Shown here in pieces: positions 1-12,052 of a stretch of 64,000 bases of DNA. How positions within the stretch are numbered: position 1 is the first letter of the stretch; each line of letters opens with the position of its first letter. The DNA is from Azolla caroliniana (Eukaryota; Plantae; Polypodiophyta), in contig JBHGNT010000007.1 in NCBI GenBank assembly GCA_043228905.1, forward strand, positions 14,756,001-14,820,000, written 5' to 3'. The notes under the pieces are model-generated. The model was not told the DNA's origin. It worked only from the letters and a program-made list of their open reading frames with translations, and made no database searches. A program made the translations under genes and the position numbers.

Positions 1-2711
1 TTTATCCGACCGGTCAAGCAGGCAACCTGGCTGAGTCCGATAGTGGTGGTCCCGAAAAAGAACGGAAAAATCCGGGTATGCGTGGACTACCGAAAACTAA
101 ATGCCGCAACAGTGACCGATGCGTTTCCACTACCATTTACGGACGGGGTGTTAGATGCGGTAGCCGGGCACGAAGTTTACAGCTTCCTGGATGGATTTAG
201 CGGCTACAACCAAATACGAATGAACCCAGCCGACCAAGAGAAGACAGCGTTCGTGACGGAATGGGGAGTGTTCGTCGCGGTCGTAATGATGTTCGGACTA
301 AAGACGGCTCCAGCGACCTTTCAAAGGATAATAATGGAAATTTTCGGGGAATATATCCCCGGTTTTATGCAGGTCTTCCTTGACGATTTCGTTGTCTACA
401 GCCGGCACGGAGAGCATCTTGATCACCTCCGGCTGTGCTTGGAGAAGTGCCGCGAGTACCGATTGAGCCTGAATCCGGCCAAGTGCGTCTTTGGAGTGGC
501 AAGCGGCAACTTGCTAGGGCACGTGGTGAGTAAGGAAGGAATCGCAGTAGATCCGGATAAAGTCAAGGCGATTCTCGATGCACCAGCACCAAGTAACGCA
601 AAGGCTTTAAGCCGGTTCCTGGGCCAGATAAGGTGGCATAGCCGGATGATACGGCACCTCGCGGACTTCGCTACACCGTTACATACCGCCGTACATAGGG
701 TACCCTTCCTATGGGCAGAGACGGAGGAGGAAGCCTACAAAGCGTTGAAGGTCATGCTGTCGCAAGCTCCGGTGGTGCAACCGCCGGATTGGAGTAAAAG
801 CTTTCACGTCTTCGTCGACACTCGGACGTAGCAATCGGCAGCGTTCTGATGCAACTCACAGAGCCGAAATGGTACCGACCGGTGTACTACGCAAGCCGGA
901 AACTCTCAAAAGCCGAACGGAATTACTCTACGACGGAACGCGAGGCATTGGGAATGGTGTATAGTGTCACAAAGTACAGGCACTATCTGCTCGGAAGGAA
1001 GTTTTCCTTCCATGTCGACCATTCGGCACTACTCTACCTGGTCTCGAAGGCATCCCTGACGGGAAAAATTGCACGGTGGACACTGCTACTACAGGAATTT
1101 GAATTCGACATTTTCCACCGACCCGGGGCGCAGCATGTGGTTGCGGACTATCTAAGCAAACTTGAATCCGGAGAAGCAGGGGACGGCGTCCAGGATGAGT
1201 TTCCCGACGCCAAATTGTTCCGGATCACGACAAAACCGGCAACGGATACAACGGTAGCCAACGAAGACACATGGCTAACTGAGATGCACCAGTTCCTGAG
1301 CACCGGAGTTCCCCCGGACAACATGGACCGCGATGAAAGGAAAAGGGTAGCAGTAAGAAGTAGACATTTCTGCTTGGTTGCAGACACCCTCTATCACAAG
1401 GGGGCAGACGGCATCTGGAGACGAGCAGTGCGGAGCGATGAGAAGGATCTAATCCTCAGGGAAGCCCACTGTGGAATTGCCGGCGGGCATTATGCCGGCG
1501 ACGCCACTGCTCGGAAAATATGGCAGAGCAAACTGTGGTGGCCGACCACCCTAAAAGATGTCGTGAAGTATAGCAGAGAATGCGATTTGTGTCAACGACT
1601 GGGCCAACCCACAGAGCAGGCTCGGATGCCACACCACCCGGTCTTGCCCTTAGAACCGTTTCAAAAGTGGGGGTTGGACTTTGTCGGTCCCTTCAAACCA
1701 CCGGCAATGCGAACCGGAAATCGGTATGTCATAGTGGCGACCGACTATTGCACCAAATGGGTAGAAGCAAAGGCCTTACGGGACAACACGGCCGCTTCCA
1801 CGGCAAAGTTTCTGTACGAATGCATATGGTGCCGGTATGGATGCCCGATCGAGCTTATAAGTGACCAAGGAGGACATTTTCTCGGGCAGGTAGTAGAAAG
1901 CCTGACGTCATTTTACGCGGTGGTACATAAAAAGAGTACACCCTACTACCCTCAAGCCAATGGACTGGCGGAATCAACGAACAAAACTCTGCAGAACATC
2001 CTACGAAAAATCGTCAACGAGAACCGGACCGACTGGGATACGAAATTGCAAAGCGCGCTATGGGCATACCGAACAACGTACAAAACCAGCATCCGGACAA
2101 CCCCGTTCCGACTAGCATTCGGGTTAGAAGTGGTCATGCCGGTAGAGTTCCAGATCCCCAGCTTACGGATTCAGGTAAAGGAGCACTTAAGTGAGAACGA
2201 GTCCGAACGAATCCGACTGGCAACGCTGTTGGAATTAGAGGAAAACCGAATAGCCAGCTTACTACAACTCGAACTGGAGCAAAGGAGGAGAAAAGCCTTC
2301 GTGGACCGACACCGGCGTGGCAATGAAAAGGAGTTCGAAGTCGGGAAACCGGTGCTACTATTCCAGACAAGGATGGAGAACATGCCGGGAAAGTTGCAGT
2401 TTCGATGGACCGGACCGTTCTGGATCACCAAGGAGTACAATGGGTCGTATCAGCTCGGCATGTTGTCTGGAGATGTCATCGGCAAGTGGGCAAATGGATT
2501 TTGGCTAAAGCCGTATAAAGGAAATATGCCAGCCAACCCGTTCAAGCGAAACCCGGAAATCCGGCAAGAGGAAGAACCGATACCGACAGATGCTGCTGAA
2601 GACATTCGGACCGAGGAAGAACCGACACCGATACTGACGAAGACCATCCCGGAAAACCGACACGAACCGACCCGAACCGACCCGAACAAAGCGGGGGGGA
2701 CCAGCAAATGA
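1..2711 (+). pseudogene. E1 pol (RT, RNase H, integrase) with one frameshift near 820
   Basis: RVCVDYRKLN, FLDD, NYSTTEREAL, HHCC zinc finger, KWGLDFVGP, YPQANGLAE; ORFs 43-831 and 849-2711 join across the RNase H 'FVD-SDVAIG' motif. Confidence 0.93.
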
Positions 2712-2927
2712 CATGGTCCAAGCAAAAAATAAAAATAAAATAAAATAAAAAATGACGTGGGCAGAATCGACGTGAATCATCGTAATGATGGGGAGATCAC
2801 AAGAGGTGGGAGCGCCACCATGCAACGAAGAGGCGCCATGCATTAAAGAAGAACATGTGCGCACTTGCTATTTAAAGCAGAGAACGTGGGCACTCACACG
2901 CGGCAAACAAGAAAGGACATACTAATT

Positions 2928-5900
2928 ATGGCGGGAGAGGAACATGCGCGGGAAATGAAAAAGGACGGCTCGAGGCACAACCCACTATATAAGACACAGG
3001 CCTGCGAAGGGCTCACGTTTTACGAATTTTCCTACATACAGGCGAAGAAGCACAGAAGAGCGACCCGACGCACACAGCACACACAGCACGATCCCGAACA
3101 CCAGGCAGCAGACGAAGAATTCGAAGCAATGGTACTGTCGGAAGAGGCACGCCAATGGATGAGGGAAAATGGGTTAAAAGGCTTGCTGCGGATCGCCGAC
3201 GCTCCACCACACGCAGAACCAGAGCAGGCGGCAGCATCGATCGATATATCAGAAGTCACGGAAGGAGTGGTGCAGGCACTCACGGGGATCAAAGCGGGAG
3301 GACTGCAAACAATCGAAAACCCTTCCAGTGAAATCCTGTTCGAATATTTCGGGGAATACTCTATCAGTAGCAAGGCGTACCGAACGCAGGGCGGAGAGAA
3401 CCTGCTGTTCGGAGAAGTGGCCCGCGCTATGATGGAATACGGATTCGTGAATCCCCGTCCCCCAGCCATAGCCAAGTATCGGGCAGCATTCTTGATAGCA
3501 GCGTACGAGGGCTTACAAATAGACTGGCTCCATTTCATAACCGAAGGATTGAAGGAGGCCATCAAAAATCTGGTGGAAGGAAAAAGGCCATGGGCCAGGA
3601 TAGCACAATGGCTAACGGTGTTAGTCCCACCGGTACTCCCCATCACACAAAAGAAAAGAGGTCGGCAGGAGACGACGCCGAAACAGGTCACAAAGCGCCG
3701 ACAGATCTTGGAGAAACACACCCCCGGATGGACCCCGCAAGAAGCAGAACAGCAGGGGGAAGGACCATCCCGACAGCAACAGGAACCGGCCACAAAGGCA
3801 AAACCGGCAGGTAAAGGCAAAGGGAAAGCGGCTGAGGAGGAACCGGTAGCGCGCAAACCAATCCATATAACGCTGCGACGGCCGGAACCGGAACCAGAGG
3901 TCTCTAGACAAAAGGTTCGTCTGGTACCCACACCGGAGGAGGAAACTGAAACAGAAGACTCATCCGAACCCCTAGTAAGACTCCCAGCAAGACAAGGTCG
4001 GGAGAAACGGGCGAAAGGACCGGCTCCACCAGTGGACAGAACTCAGCAGAGGGCGCAAGGACCATCTCCAATAGCCGAGGCGGAAATAGCACCGGAACTT
4101 GTACCCAGGGAAGCAGCACCGACACCGGTTGGGCCGGACTTCAGAAAACCGGTCATCCCAGAGAAGAAGAAGGAACGAGCGCCAGAGCCAGAGCCAGAGA
4201 AGAGGCCGGAAAATCAGCCTGGTTTAAGTGAGCAAGGCCACCCCGAAATCGGAAGAACAAAGCCACAATGGTTGAGATGGCTTTCGGAGCAGTTATCGGG
4301 AGTAGCGGACCAGTTAGAGAAAGAAGAAACGTGTCGGCAACAGCTGACGCATACAACAACGCAGGAGTTGGTCGTGCTCCGAACACAGATTGAGGAAATG
4401 CAAGGGGAGCTGTTGCAGGCAAGGGAAGGAATCCAACAAGCACAAGCTGTCACCGAGCCGGTCGGGACAACAAGGAAGCAACCAGAACCAGAACCGGAAC
4501 CGGTAGCCTTGCAAACCGGCCCTGAGACGGAAAAAATAATAGAAACCTTACGAGAGGAGTTACAAGCTCAGGAGGTATTAAGGGAAAGAGAAAGGGAGCA
4601 GCGGAAAGCGGTGGAGGATAACAGACGAAAAATGGAAGAAGGCCTTCGGAAAGGTCGAGCCGCTAATGACCGACTGCAAGAAGAAAAAGAGAAGCTGCAG
4701 AAGGAGAAGGACCGACTACGTCGACATGCCGAACAAGAGATAGAACGACTGCAGGAAGAACTCCGACAATAGAAGGACCGGGACGATCGGTTAAGAGCTC
4801 AGGCAAACCGACGCCTGAAGCAGAAGACGGAGGACTTCGACCGTCTCTACCGAGATCACAAGCAGGCCGAGTCGGACAACAAAAAACGAGCAGCAGACTA
4901 CGACCGGCAAATAGAGAAGCTGAAAGAGCAGCTCAAAGAGACCCGATTAGACCTGGCTAAGGCGATGGATGAGGTCAGTGCCAACAAGGAAGCATTGTCG
5001 GCGGAAATAGCCCAAGCAACGGAGAGAAGGAAGGAATTAGAGGCGCTAAGGCGGGAAAAGCTGGACCTGACCAAGATCAGGAATGAAGAAAAGGAAAAAT
5101 CGACCTTCACGATCAGCAAACTGCAGAGTACCTATGAAAAGCAGAAAGCAGATTACGAGGCCCAGGCTCAGATAATGGCCGACATTATAAAACGGGCAAG
5201 GAAGGAAAAGCAGGAAGCTTATGCGCATGCTAAGGCAGGAGTTGACCGGATCAAGCTCATCATGTCAGGATGGAGTACCCGAGCTCAGGCAAGTATCAAC
5301 GAAAGTACGGAAAAGCTATGGAAGGAGTGGTCACAACAGGCAGCCGAGCTGCATACACTCCGAGCGGATGCCGAGAATCGGAAGAAGACCGGCGACAGGT
5401 TCTACAAGATGGATGAAGAAAGTATCGTCGCCATTCGGGAGGAATTGTCGGAGGATTTCTACACTTTAGCAGAAGAACACCTCAAAGAAATCCGAGGGTT
5501 GGTAGAGAGGTTGGATGACGGGCAGCTCGCAACTCAGTTGGAGTTGGAGAGATACGAACAGGACCGGGTACGACAGGAAGCTAAGGGAAGAACGACGCCA
5601 ACCACTATTGGTGAGGGAACGCGACCGGATGAAGATGAACCAACCGACACCGAACAACCCCGACAAGGAATACCTGAAGACGAACTCGAAGAAGAGCAGG
5701 AGCGGACCGATGCCGGAGAAGAAGAAGAGCTGAGACCGGAAGACACCAGAGCAGAGGAAGGAGGCATATCAAGTCGACCAGTCGAGACCGGAGAAAACGA
5801 CACCGGTAACAGAACAGAGCCAGGAACGGAGGGAGAACAGGAAGAACCCGGACGAAACGGTGAGGAAGCACCGGCACCACGGAATCAAGCAGAGCCGGAG

Positions 5901-6032
5901 CAGAAAATTTTTACGGAACAGCCTACCCAACAGGAGGTCGGAGACCAGGAAGGCAAGGAACAGGAACAGGAGGAAGAAGCACCACTTGACACTATCGAGC
6001 AAAGTGTGCTCGATATTTTGGAGGAAGACTGA
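2928..6032 (+). CDS. E1 extra ORF (~1030 codons; globular N-terminus, Pro/Glu linker, long coiled coil, acidic tail) broken by one TAG at 4770-4772
   Basis: ORFs 2865-4772 and 4965-6032 share a frame; 4773-4964 has no stop. Confidence 0.75.
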
Positions 6033-6039
6033 GGCCGGG

Positions 6040-6080
6040 TGTGGATTCGAAGTGCAAGGCACTTTCCCACGGGCGTGCCA
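6040..6080 (+). other. tRNA-Arg-like 3'-end motif at the E1 PPT position
   Basis: TGTGGATTCGAAGTGCAAGGCACTTTCCCACGGGCGTGCCA directly before the LTR; 37/41 identical to reverse complement of 7015-7055. Confidence 0.75.
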
Positions 6081-6461
6081 TGTGTTGGCCGGTCAGAAGA
6101 GCAAGGACAAGTGGGAAGGCGGATCGGATAATAGGAAGTAATAGTAGAATTATTATTCGGAGGGACGGATTCGGTACAGTTGTACCGATCCGGATCCGAA
6201 CCGATTCGCATGTCGGTTGCCTAAGCGCACCGATTGTAACCTTGCCGGATGCCTATAAAAGGATCCGATGATTTGTAAAGTGTTTTGACGGAAGTAATAC
6301 AATAGTAATTGTCGTGTATTTATCTGTATCTCGTATTGTTTGCCGTCCGTGCTTATTGTAATTATCTGATGCGTGTAACCTAACATCCAATCCTTACCAC
6401 CCCTTTGGAGAAGTGTCGGATAGACACCTGTGTTGAGGCTAGTCCGGCCAGACAGACAACA
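6081..6461 (+). repeat. E1 3' LTR (start 6081 or 6083)
   Basis: TGTGTTG...CAACA ends, TATAAAA at ~6254; partner LTR not in window. Confidence 0.7.
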
Positions 6462-7014
6462 CTATTTTAAAAGGTGTTGTATGTTTTAGGGTTAACATTT
6501 ATGATGATTGGTGATAAGCATTGAGAGATTGATTATGACATTGACAGTGATGAAGATGGAAATGGTGATGGCGATAAGAATCATTATGGGTGATAGCATG
6601 ATGTGCATTGAGAAGCATTGCGGGGTGGTGGGTGGTGCCTAGAATGGCTCCACCCCCCTCCCAAGGGGGTTCAACGTAAGGGGAGATAGAAGAGAGAGAT
6701 GACAAGAGAGAGATTGAGAGAGAGAGAGAGAGAAATGGTTATTCATGTTTCATTCATTCCCCATAGGGGGTTAAATAGTACAAGAGGGGGTAGATACATA
6801 GGGGTGTAAGCCCCCTCGAGCATTCATACTGGACACTCACTCACACCTCCTCGTATCCATCCACATGCACACGTGCACGTGTGCATGTGTTCACATACGT
6901 ACAGACTCACAATTACATTTATGTCCCCTACACATACACAACAACATCATGATAACATTCGACCCTCGCTCATCACATTGACTCTCCGTACATCTCGTAC
7001 AGGGTAACACAATA

Positions 7015-7055
7015 TGGCACGCCCGTGGGAGAGTGCCTTGCACGTCGATCCCACA
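7015..7055 (-). other. tRNA-Arg-like 3'-end motif at the E2 PPT position (reads as PBS TGGCACGCCC on plus strand)
   Basis: 3 nt from LTR edge at 7011; homologous to 6040-6080. Confidence 0.75.
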
Positions 7056-8885
7056 TGCCTTGATGATGATATTTCTTCGACCGGAACTTCCATCGGTCCT
7101 TTCAACGATCGACTCCCTCAATCGGAGTGCTTGACTCGAACATCTTTGTCGGTCAACAAATCTTTCCGCGACACAACATTCTCGTTCTGTCGGCTTACGA
7201 ACTTCGTCATGGGTCTAAAATAACATTGTGTGTTTGTGTGTTCTTCTTTCTATTTTGTGAGTTATCGTGATTCAATTACATTGATTTCATTCAAGTTGAT
7301 GAGTTTTTAAAATGATGTATTATACCCTCAAATTTCTAAAATTTCGTTCTGTACCCTCACGGTTTTGAAATTTCATTTGCTAACCTCAAGTTTTTAAAAT
7401 CTCACAAATGCCCCTCTCTTCTCTTTTTTCCTCTCTCTTGTTTTTCGATTTCATCTATAATTTCACTTTTACTTTTAGGTCATTTTTTCCATTTTTCTGT
7501 TTGTCTTCTACTCATTTTCTTACATTATTTTTTTTCCCCCTTACATTTTGCGTCTTCTCTAGTCTTCTACTCTTGCGTGCTTCCTTCTTCTTGGTGTTAA
7601 CTGCTGCATCTTCTGTTCTTCTTGTCTTTCATTTCCTTTTCTCTGTTCTTCCACTGCTAATGGTGCTTCTCTTTCCACTTTGTTTCATCGTTTCTCTTCT
7701 TTCTTTCTTTGCGAGTTCTTCTTGTTTGATGTCTTCTGCAAATCTTCTCTCTTTCTTCCTTTGTTTCTTCCACTTCTTCCTGTTCTATTTTGGTGTTTCG
7801 GGGTAGGGAGGAAACACGACCGTCACTCTCCCTTTGCTTGCACTCATCTCCTTCTTTGTGCTGCCGCCGTCATTTCCGTTGCCCAACCGTGGTTGTCCGT
7901 CTCTGTCCGGTCCTTACACCTGCTACCGCATCATCCTGCCGCTCCAATCGTTGATGTTCGGCCCGTCCGTTCTCGGCTGTTTGTCTGTGTCTCCGACTCC
8001 GTCCGGTCAGTCAGTCAAATCCGGCCGTTATTGTCTGTCCGGCCCGTCGTTTCAACGTCATCGCCGTTCTGGCCGTCGGTTCTCCGGCCATTCTTGTTGC
8101 TTTTCGGCGGTGTCGCTGTTTTGGTTGTTGTCCAGGCGCTTCTCGGGCCGCTCCGATTGCTCATGTTCGGTCACTCTCCGGCCTATCCGACCGCTCGAAT
8201 TGCTGTTCGTCGTTGTCATCGTCTCCTTCGCTTTTCGGCGGCTCTGTCCTCGTCGTCGGCTCCGTCGCTTTTCGGTGTCCATGTCCCATCGTTTGGCTGT
8301 TGCCATTGTCGTGGCTGTGAATTTCGGATATCGTCTCTGTCGCTCTTCGGCTCTGTCCGGCAGTCGTCCCACTGTCTTCCAATCGTGTGTCTGGTTTGTC
8401 CGTCTGTGTGGTCGCCTGTTCGGCCCATTTGACCCATCCTACCGTGTCTTGTGTCTTTTTGGTCACCTTTGTCTAGTGCATCCGTCCGTATCTTTCCAGC
8501 GCTATTAGTTGATATCTGGTTTGCATCTGCATCTCCTCCTTCTTCTTCGGCCCTTCGGTGTTAACCGGCTCCGGTTCTGGTTCCGATTCCGGTTTCGACT
8601 CTCTGTGTTGCTTCTTTTAGAACCACCTCTCGTGCATTCTCAGCACATCCTGCCGGTCTCCGCTCCACACACTGCGATTTTCTCCGCAGTCTCCTGGTGG
8701 GCTTCTCTTTCCGGTCGTGCTGGCACCGGTTCCCACTGCATCGCAGTTTGTACAGCCGTGCGTCTTGCACCACGCTTTCAAAAACACGCACATTGTCGCT
8801 AACCGCATCGGAAACCCGCACATTGACACTAATCGCAACCTCGCACAACCATTGTGGCCATTCATGCATTCCTCCATCGCATCAT

Positions 8886-8954
8886 CATTTCTTGCACTCG
8901 TACACAAACATTTCTTGCACTCGTACACAAACATTTCTTGCACTCGTACACAAA
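8886..8954. repeat. 3 x 23-bp tandem repeat CATTTCTTGCACTCGTACACAAA
   Basis: Three exact copies. Confidence 0.9.
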
Positions 8955-9087
8955 CGTCATCGTTTCCATTTCTTCGCTTGCACATACATTGAACATCGTC
9001 GCCGTCATTTGCATGTTTCTGTCATTTCTCGCACATCATGCTGCCACGTTCTCTTCTTGGACTTCTTCATCAAAGGGGGTCCGCCGT

Positions 9088-9098
9088 TGTGGTCGCCA
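9088..9098 (-). other. E2 primer-binding site TGGCGACCACA (tRNA-Arg(UCG)-like)
   Basis: Starts TGG, 5 nt inside the 5' LTR on minus strand; tRNA identity from memory. Confidence 0.7.
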
Positions 9099-12052
9099 AA
9101 AGGTGTTGTATGTTTTAGGGTTAACATTTATGATGATTGGTGATAAGCATTGAGAGATTGATTATGACATTGACAATGATGAAGATGGAAATGGTGATGG
9201 CGATAAGAATCATTATGGGTGATAGCATGATGTGCATTGAGAAGCATTGCGGGGTGGGGGGTGGTGCCTAGAATGGCTCCACCCCCCTCCCAAGGGGGTT
9301 CAACGTAAGGGGAGATAGAAGAGAGAGATGACAAGAGAGAGATTGAGAGAGAGAGAGAGAGAGAAATGGTTATTCATGTTTCATTCATTCCCCATAGGGG
9401 GTTAAATAGTACAAGAGGGGGTAGATACATAGGGGTGTAAGCCCCCTCGAGCATTCATACTGGACACTCACTCACACCTCCTCGTATCCATCCACATGCA
9501 CACACGTGTGCATGTGTTCACATACGTACAGACTCACAATTACATTTATGTCCCCTACACATACACAACAACATCATGATAACATTCGACCCTCGCTCAT
9601 CACATTGACTCTCCGTACATCTCGTACAGGGTAACACATTATTCTTATTTTCATTTCTTGCTTTCTTCCATTGATTGTTTAAGACTCGGTTGTGGCCGAG
9701 CCCCATTTTGCACAAACTAGTATCAAAGCCAAGGTTCTAAACCTTGAAGAAAATGGAAGATTCATTTGGAAGCATGTTCAAGTTCACCGGCTCCAACTAT
9801 CCAGTGTGGAAATCGAAGATGAGGGGCATGCTCATGGTCAAAGATCTCTGGTTGCCGACGCAGTTTGGAGACAAGAGGCCAGACAAGATCGATGCCATGA
9901 TGTGGGAGGTGATGCATATGAAGACAACAACATACATTCGGTGTTTCATTGGCATGAGATTGTACAACAACTTTAATGAAGAAAGTAAGGCACATGTGCT
10001 CTAGGAGAAACTCAGCACCATGCTGGAGAGCAAGAACGTCGTAAATCGGGTTTCGGTATTCCGGAAGCTACTAAAACTCCAGTACCAAGACGGATCCAGC
10101 ATGGCGGAGCACATGAATGCATTCCAACGGCTCATAAACCAAACAACCTCGTTGGAAGTACCTCTAGTCAACGAAGTACTTGCGTTGCTCCTGCTCGGTT
10201 CCCTCCCAGATAGTTGGGAGATGCTAGTTGTCACTTTGGGCAACGCCAGGCTAGAAGGAAAACAGTTGTCCCTAGCAAGGGTAAAATCAAGCTTGCTAGA
10301 TGAAGAACCTCGCTGGAAGGACCGGGAGTCTGGAACCGATCCGAAGGCCTTGGTCATAGAAGATGACCATAACCAGGGAAGAGGCCAAAATCGAGACAAA
10401 TCGGGGACGAGGTCGAAGTAAAAGGGAAGGCCCACCTGCTTTTATTGTGGAAATCCGGGGCACTTCCAGAAGAATTGCTAACACTTCCGGAAATCCAAAG
10501 GGGGATCTGACATTCCGGAACCGAAGAAGATTTCGGAAAGAAAAGGAACGTCTGCGATCGGGACAATTGAAGAAGAATTGTTGTTAATCAACGAGGAGAG
10601 TGAGTTGCATCTTGTCAGCGACGAAACGACATGGGTGGTCGACTCCGAAGCATCGTTCCATCTAACCCCCTACCGGAAGTGCTTCTCATGTTACAGAGCT
10701 GAAAAACACGGTTCTATTCGGATGGGAAATCAAGTTGCATGCCGAATTATCGACATAAGAGACGTATGGTTGATGACATCAACTGAGTGCAGGCTACTGC
10801 TGAAGGATGTCTGACACATTCCGGAGGTTCGGTTGAACCTTATACCAGATGGTCGGCTAGATGATGAAGGCTACACGGATAACATCCGGAACGGAGTCAT
10901 GAAGTTTTGAAAAGGGAGCATGATCATGGCTCAAGCCCAAAAGATCAACACATTGTATCTGATGCATGCCCTCATATGCCGGGAGGAAGTGAACATGGCA
11001 TCCAAAATTGCCGGTGAGTTGTGGCACAAGAGGTTGTGTCACATGAGCCAGAAGGGGATGAGAAGACTTTCAGAAGTTAAACTCATTCCGGAAGTGAAAG
11101 ACGAGCATCTTGAAAAGTGTACCAATTGCTTGTCCAGCAAGCAGAACCGAACCTCTTTCCGGTCGAGACCACCGTCGAGACGGAATGCACCGCTAGAACT
11201 TGTGCATACCAATGTATGTGAAATGGTCACGAAGTCACATGCCGGATCACAGTACTTCGTGACGTTCATAGACGACCACAACCGGAAGTTGTGGGTCTCA
11301 CCATTGAAGACGAAGGACCAAGTATTATCCGTCTTCAAGGACTTCCACGCAAGAGTGGAAAGGGATGTTACACTCAGTGCTCAGCCACAACCGAGGAATA
11401 GGTTCAACTCACAGAAAACGGGAAGTACAAAAGAAACACGAAGGCAACAGAGAGAAGAGTACACAGGATATTTGCGTGGAAAACCCTAAGTGGGAAAAAC
11501 CACGGGAGTCCTCAAACTCCAACTATCACTATAGACAGAGATGTACAATGGTGAATCTACAAGGCGACAACCTTGAGTTCACTGTCTTCGCCACAGGCGG
11601 CGGTATTACACAGAGGCGTCGACCTCTTCCTCTGTTACGCTCTATCTCTCTCACGGCTGCTCTCTCTTCACTCCTCTTGAGTGGAAAACAGAAAAATGAG
11701 CAACAACAATAAAACAGTTTGCCCTAAGTCATATTTATACACATATGACTTTCGGGATATTTACAACTATAGCCTCAAGGGCCCTTGGCAAACATATTCA
11801 CAAATATGTCCCCGCATCCGGATCTCTCTCCGGGTACATTCATCATCCGGCTCCGTAGCCGGGGTCTTCATCATCCGGCTCCGTAGCCAGGGTCTTCATC
11901 ATCCGGCTCCGTAGCCGGGTACTCTTCATCCGGCTTCATGCCGGGTACTCTTCATGCTCCGGTTCCGTAACCGCAACCGGGCTTGCCGTCATTCATCTCC
12001 GGACATCCGACCATCCCATCCGGAGGGACCGTAATCCCAACAAACTCCCCCT

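Larger units (their letters stand above)
1..6461 (+). mobile_element. E1: Ty3/Gypsy non-chromovirus LTR retrotransposon (Athila-like domain order), 5' part outside window
   Basis: RT-RH-INT order, no chromodomain or second RNase H visible, extra ORF after pol, terminal repeat ending CAACA at 6461. Confidence 0.9.
6475..9638 (-). mobile_element. E2: non-autonomous LTR element (TRIM/LARD-like); LTRs 6475-7011 and 9104-9638
   Basis: Two ~536-bp near-identical direct repeats with TG/CA ends; TATTTAA then CT-repeat on minus strand; no pol motifs inside; no TSD found. Confidence 0.9.

Noticed and set aside
4770-4778. TMV-type readthrough signal in the E1 extra ORF
   Set aside because: Context is TAG-AAG-GAC, not TAG-CAR-YYA; C>T decay is simpler.
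5860-7121. Apparent conserved peptide CG(F/I)(E/D)VQGT(F/L)PRACH in two small ORFs
   Set aside because: Similarity covers little more than the 41-nt motif and the first LTR bases, so it is better explained as a nucleotide signal.
7320-7415. ACCCTCA...AAATTTC subrepeats resembling a MULE/MITE terminus
   Set aside because: No partner inverted repeat or TSD found.
7408-8508. Hydrophobic F/L/S-rich ORFs that might be env-like
   Set aside because: Antisense translation of the purine-rich strand of E2; low complexity, no motifs.
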